Below are positions 60,040-64,000 of a DNA stretch of 64,000 nt, piece by piece. How positions within the stretch are numbered: the stretch's first letter is position 1; the number at the start of each line of letters is the position of its first letter. This stretch comes from Acidobacteria bacterium RIFCSPLOWO2_12_FULL_54_10. GTDB lineage: Bacteria; Acidobacteriota; Terriglobia; 2-12-FULL-54-10. Under the pieces are notes generated by a model. It had not been told where the DNA came from and searched no databases. It saw only the letters and a list, made by a program, of their open reading frames with translations. The DNA lies in NCBI GenBank assembly GCA_001767075.1, contig MEKX01000067.1, forward strand, positions 383 through 64,382, given 5' to 3'. Position numbers and translations under genes: made by a program.

Positions 60040-61977
60040 CTAGTAGCTTGGATCGCGGTATGTTTCCTTGCCACCCACCACGGTCAGCAGCGCGCGAACC
60101 GTGCCGATTTGATCGTCGGGTGTGGCAAAGTAATCCTTGTTCATAACAATAAAATCGCCTAGTTTGCCGATTTCCAGCGAGCCGATGTTTTTCTCGTTCA
60201 ACAATTGTTCGGCGCCCCAGATGGTTGCGGCTTTGATCAGCGTCACCTTGTCAATCGCTTCGTTCTTGGAATAGATGACCCCGCTGCTGGGCATCACTCG
60301 CGAAGCAAAAAATTGCATAAACGCCCAGATGTTGCCGTCCCACTGCTTGTCATAGTCCATGTCTTTCCACTGCGGCGGAATGTTGCGTCCCAGGTGCGCA
60401 TCCGTGTTGAACACCACGTGCACGCCCGCGTTGGCCAGCGACTTCACCGGCAGCATCCAGCCCATGTATTGTTCGCCGTACGCTTTCAGGAATGCCCCGC
60501 CCTTGATGTCCCCTTGTATCTGGTAACCATTGACGGACGGGTATAGATTGTATTTCCCGAAGCTGGCAGCCTGGTCCGGACGGATGATGGGATTGTGCTC
60601 CGTGCTGATGCGCAGGGCGCGGATCTGCTCCAACGTCATTTTGCCGCTGGTAACCAGCCCATCCAGCATGTTGAATATGGCGTCGTAAGTGCCGTCGCTA
60701 TAGCCGTGCAGGAAACCTATACGCAGTCCATTTTCGACTCCTGCCTTTACCGCCGCATAGCCCTTCTTTTCCTCGTAGGCAATCGCTTTCGCGCAATCCG
60801 GTTGTATGCCGTCGGCGACGCTCCAATCCCCTTGCTCCGCCTTGACGGCAGAGTTCGGCAGAATGGTCGCCTTAGTGCAACTCAATCCGCCTTCCCAGCC
60901 TTCGTTGGCGACCCCGGCGTTCCAGATGTAATCGTTGCCGATGCCGCGAATATCGATCATCTCCTGATTCAGCAGCCGGATGATCACGTCGTTGTAAGCT
61001 GTGTTATTGAATTTGCTGGTGGTGTTCGACCCACCCTCGGAGAAATACGCATGGCGGATGGGCATATCGTTTTTCTGATAGAGCAGGTTGTAAGCCTTCA
61101 ACACCGCAGGCGACCGGTCGTAGCGGTCTCCGTAAGTCGTCACCCCCTGGTAGGACAGGCACTCCAGTATTTCCCTCTTCAGCATATCGGCCATGTCTTC
61201 CCAGCGGTCTCTTAAAAGAATCTCGAAAGGAACCACCGTCCGCGCGAAAATCCCAGTGGCCACATAGCCCAAGCGATCCTGCATGATTTTCTTCGCCATC
61301 GAGTTGCTCTCGGTTTGTCCGATGGCTTCGGTGGCGTAAAGTTGTACCGGATTATTGGGAGCAATCACATCGAGAAACTGTACCGTCAGCGGCCCTTTGG
61401 GGCCATCGGATGCGAACAGCCCTTGCATGATCCTCCGCGATTCCGGCAATGTGTTGCCGCCGAACAATTTGGCGACGATCCACTTGCCCGGTCCCATCTC
61501 CTGCGCTCGCTGCCTCAGAGTCTGCTCCAGCGCCCTCAATAACTCCGCGTGATTGTTCCCCCTCACCGAGCTCCACTTCATCTGCGGATCGTTGTAGCGT
61601 TTCGATGTAGCTTCGCCTTCTGCCCCCATCCAGTGCTCCGCGCCCCACAGGTTCGGATGTGTATGCCCGTCGATCAGCCCGGGCAGCACATGGCGGCCTT
61701 TGGCGTCGATCACCCGGGTATTCGGCCCTGCCAGGCTCTGGATGTCTGCTGTTTTTCCGATTGCGACAATTCTCTCGCTGCGGATCGCCAGCGCTTCGGC
61801 CTCGCTCATCGAAGCGTCGATGGTATGGATCTTGCCGTTCACCAGAATCACATCCGGGTAAGCACGGAGCATTTCCAGCTTGCGATTCGCGTCGGTGATC
61901 TGTGCACTCCCCGAAGCGATTGCAATAACTAAGGCTATTGCGAACATGAAGCACCTAATTATGGATCGATTGCGCAT
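60040..61977 (-). CDS. secreted amidohydrolase-3 family hydrolase, tandem paralogue 4
   Basis: Signal peptide FMFAIALVIAIASGSAQ. HxH PGLIDGHTHPNLW. SD AGGAGG upstream. Confidence 0.8.
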   Translation of the reverse strand: MRNRSIIRCFMFAIALVIAIASGSAQITDANRKLEMLRAYPDVILVNGKIHTIDASMSEAEALAIRSERIVAIGKTADIQSLAGPNTRVIDAKGRHVLPGLIDGHTHPNLWGAEHWMGAEGEATSKRYNDPQMKWSSVRGNNHAELLRALEQTLRQRAQEMGPGKWIVAKLFGGNTLPESRRIMQGLFASDGPKGPLTVQFLDVIAPNNPVQLYATEAIGQTESNSMAKKIMQDRLGYVATGIFARTVVPFEILLRDRWEDMADMLKREILECLSYQGVTTYGDRYDRSPAVLKAYNLLYQKNDMPIRHAYFSEGGSNTTSKFNNTAYNDVIIRLLNQEMIDIRGIGNDYIWNAGVANEGWEGGLSCTKATILPNSAVKAEQGDWSVADGIQPDCAKAIAYEEKKGYAAVKAGVENGLRIGFLHGYSDGTYDAIFNMLDGLVTSGKMTLEQIRALRISTEHNPIIRPDQAASFGKYNLYPSVNGYQIQGDIKGGAFLKAYGEQYMGWMLPVKSLANAGVHVVFNTDAHLGRNIPPQWKDMDYDKQWDGNIWAFMQFFASRVMPSSGVIYSKNEAIDKVTLIKAATIWGAEQLLNEKNIGSLEIGKLGDFIVMNKDYFATPDDQIGTVRALLTVVGGKETYRDPSY

Positions 61978-62051
61978 CTTTCCTCCTCATCTTTTGAATA
62001 CAAGTCTGTGGCTTTCTGCTGTTGAGTCTTACTGCTAATAATTCGGTTTAA

Positions 62052-62123
62052 TTCAAAAAGTAAAAAAGGCTGCACTCAGTCGTTTCCCGTCACCATTGCT
62101 TCAGGAAATTTCTCGTGCAGCCT
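62052..62123 (-). terminator. rho-independent terminator candidate downstream of paralogue 5
   Basis: On the minus strand: stem AGGCTGCAC/GTGCAGCCT (62067-62075 / 62115-62123) enclosing a 39-nt loop, followed by TTTTTACTTTTTG. Confidence 0.35.
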
Positions 62124-62140
62124 GTCATTGCTTCTCTTTC

Positions 62141-64000
62141 CTAGTACGCCGAATCCTTAAAGACCACCTTGCCGCCGGTTGCGGTTAACAGAGTCTTAAT
62201 GGTCTTGATCTGGTCTTCTTGGATTGTAAAGAAGTCCTTGTCGAGAACGATAAAGTCAGCCAGCTTACCGACCTCCAGCGAACCGATATTTTTCTCGTTC
62301 AGAATCTGCTCGGCTGCCCAGATCGTAGCTGCCCTCATCATGTTCACTCGATCCATGGCTTCACTTCGGTTATAAGTAATTCCGTCATGCGGCATTTTGC
62401 GCGTCACAAAGAACTCGATGAAGCCCCAGATGTTTCCGTCCCACTGCTCAGGATAATCCATATCCTTGGCATACACTGGGATGTTCTTGCTCAGGTGAGC
62501 GTCAGTGTTAAATACCGGATGCGCCCCTTTATCCATTAGGCTCTTCATCGGCGCCATCCAGGTCATGTACTGTTCGCCGAACGCCTTCAGGAAAGCGCCG
62601 CCCTTGATGTCTCCTTGCAACTGATAACCATTGAACGCCGGCATAATGTTGTACTTGGCGATCGTTTCCACTTGGTCCGGCCGGATCATCGGCGTGTGTT
62701 CCGTGCTGATGCGCAGCGCGCGAATCTGGTCAACGGTCATATTCCCTTTCTTGACCTGTTCATCGAGCAGATGGAACAGGGCATCGAAGGTCCCATCGCT
62801 ATAGTGATGCAGGAACCCAACCCGCAGGCCTGCCTCCACCGCAGCTTTCACCCTGGTATATCCAGTCTGCTCATCATACTTCGCCACCATTTCGTCTGAG
62901 CAGGATGTTTTCATGGCTCCATCCCGCAAAATCCGGGCGACCTTGGAAGTGGGCATCTTCACGTTGGTCTTTGGAACCTTCGTGCAGTTCAAACCACCTT
63001 CCCAGCCTTCATTCGCCACGCCGACGTTCCAAATAAAATCATTGCCGATGCCGCGGAAATCTCCCAGGTCGTTGTAAAACAGCTTAGCGAATTCGCGCTC
63101 TCGTGCTGGATCGCTAATCACATTTTCCGCCAGCCCGCCGCCAACCCACCAGCCCCAACGCACCGGCATTTCGCCGCGCTGGTAGAGGAGGTTAAATGTC
63201 TGCATGATGGAGGGTGAATTATAGTAGTGGTTCGAGAAGGTCGTGATGCCCTGCGCTGCCACGCATTCCAGCAGTTCTCGCTTCAGGAAGTCCGCCTTAT
63301 CATCCAATCGGCCTCGGAAAAGAATGTCATAGGTCACCGAGTTCCTGGCCGAAAGCCCCTGCACCTCGGTTCCCAGGTATTTCACCATCTCTTCTTTCGC
63401 CTTGGTGTTGTTCGCTGCGGGTCCGATCGCTTCGCTGGCCATCAGCATCAGCGGATTGTTCGGCGCCAGCGTATCCAGAAATTGCCGCGTCAGCGTGCTT
63501 GGTCGTCCGTCCTCGAACGTAAATAGCGGATACGTAATCTCGCGGGATTCCGGAATCGAGTTGCCGCCGAAAAGGCCCACCCAGATCCACTTGTTTGGTC
63601 CCAGTTCCTGCGCCCTCTCGCGGACCAGCCGCTCCGTATTCCGCAACACGGTCGCGCCGTCGTTGCCCCGCGCATAGACAATCTTCAATTGCGGATCGTT
63701 GTATCGTTTCGCCGTAATATCTCCCTCGGCTCCCAGGCGATGCTCTACGGCCCACAGATGCGGATGCGTGTGCCCATCGATCAGCCCGGGCAGCACGCGC
63801 CGCCCCTTGGCATCCAGCACTTCCGTCCTTGGCCCAGCCAGGAACCGCATTTCGTCGTTGGTTCCCAAAGCAATAATGCGGTTATTTTTCACCGCCAATG
63901 CCTGCACTTCCCGGTTGCTCGAATCAATCGTGGAGATTTTTCCATTCACCACGATCAGTTCCGGATAAGCTCCCAGCAGTTCCATCTTCCTGGTCAAGTC
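62141..64000 (-). CDS. secreted amidohydrolase-3 family hydrolase, tandem paralogue 5 (5' end beyond window)
   Basis: Homologous from the mature N-terminus (RKMELLGAYPELIVVNGK) onwards. The signal peptide/start must lie past position 64000. Confidence 0.75.
   Translation of the reverse strand, partial: DLTRKMELLGAYPELIVVNGKISTIDSSNREVQALAVKNNRIIALGTNDEMRFLAGPRTEVLDAKGRRVLPGLIDGHTHPHLWAVEHRLGAEGDITAKRYNDPQLKIVYARGNDGATVLRNTERLVRERAQELGPNKWIWVGLFGGNSIPESREITYPLFTFEDGRPSTLTRQFLDTLAPNNPLMLMASEAIGPAANNTKAKEEMVKYLGTEVQGLSARNSVTYDILFRGRLDDKADFLKRELLECVAAQGITTFSNHYYNSPSIMQTFNLLYQRGEMPVRWGWWVGGGLAENVISDPAREREFAKLFYNDLGDFRGIGNDFIWNVGVANEGWEGGLNCTKVPKTNVKMPTSKVARILRDGAMKTSCSDEMVAKYDEQTGYTRVKAAVEAGLRVGFLHHYSDGTFDALFHLLDEQVKKGNMTVDQIRALRISTEHTPMIRPDQVETIAKYNIMPAFNGYQLQGDIKGGAFLKAFGEQYMTWMAPMKSLMDKGAHPVFNTDAHLSKNIPVYAKDMDYPEQWDGNIWGFIEFFVTRKMPHDGITYNRSEAMDRVNMMRAATIWAAEQILNEKNIGSLEVGKLADFIVLDKDFFTIQEDQIKTIKTLLTATGGKVVFKDSAY

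Noticed and set aside
1-64000. Checked for CRISPR arrays, tRNA/rRNA genes, integrases, transposases and IS terminal inverted repeats
   Set aside because: No regularly spaced direct repeats, no tRNA-like cloverleaf candidates in intergenic regions, and no recombinase-like ORFs were found by eye. The defence-like cassette therefore has no visible mobility machinery in this window.

Overview
Most of this 64-kb window is housekeeping chromosome; about 50% GC, gliding-type GldAFG ABC genes, a Bacteroidetes/Acidobacteria-style sdhCAB operon and a fused lptFG suggest Acidobacteriota or a related soil lineage, though this is a guess. Core content: a MacB-type ABC exporter fragment, multihaem cytochromes, lysA, leuCD, the gldA/gldF/gldG/DUF4340 cluster, sdhCAB, trpCFBA with aroQ and tyrA, ubiX, frr-pyrH-tsf-rpsB, rpsI-rplM, cinA, thpR, gpsA and lptFG. 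Three things stand out. (1) A compact two-gene ABC-ATPase + TOPRIM-like (DUF4276-like) module sits between a zinc-ribbon response regulator and leuDC; I read it as a split OLD-family (AbiL/PARIS/Gabija-class) candidate anti-phage system. (2) Five ~650-aa secreted amidohydrolase paralogues form a head-to-tail array at 54.0-64.0 kb on the minus strand, with a sixth copy at 20.3 kb and clear gene-conversion tracts. (3) Several smaller oddities: a comFC-like gene with an in-frame TAA and no canonical start, an EAL-cNMP-binding fusion beside GGDEF and PilZ genes, and a CpsB-like PHP phosphatase paired with a 537-aa protein carrying degenerate P-loop motifs. No rRNA, tRNA, CRISPR array, integrase or transposase was seen by eye. 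Many ORF-track 'M' starts are TTG/GTG; where the first ATG fits the family better I used it.
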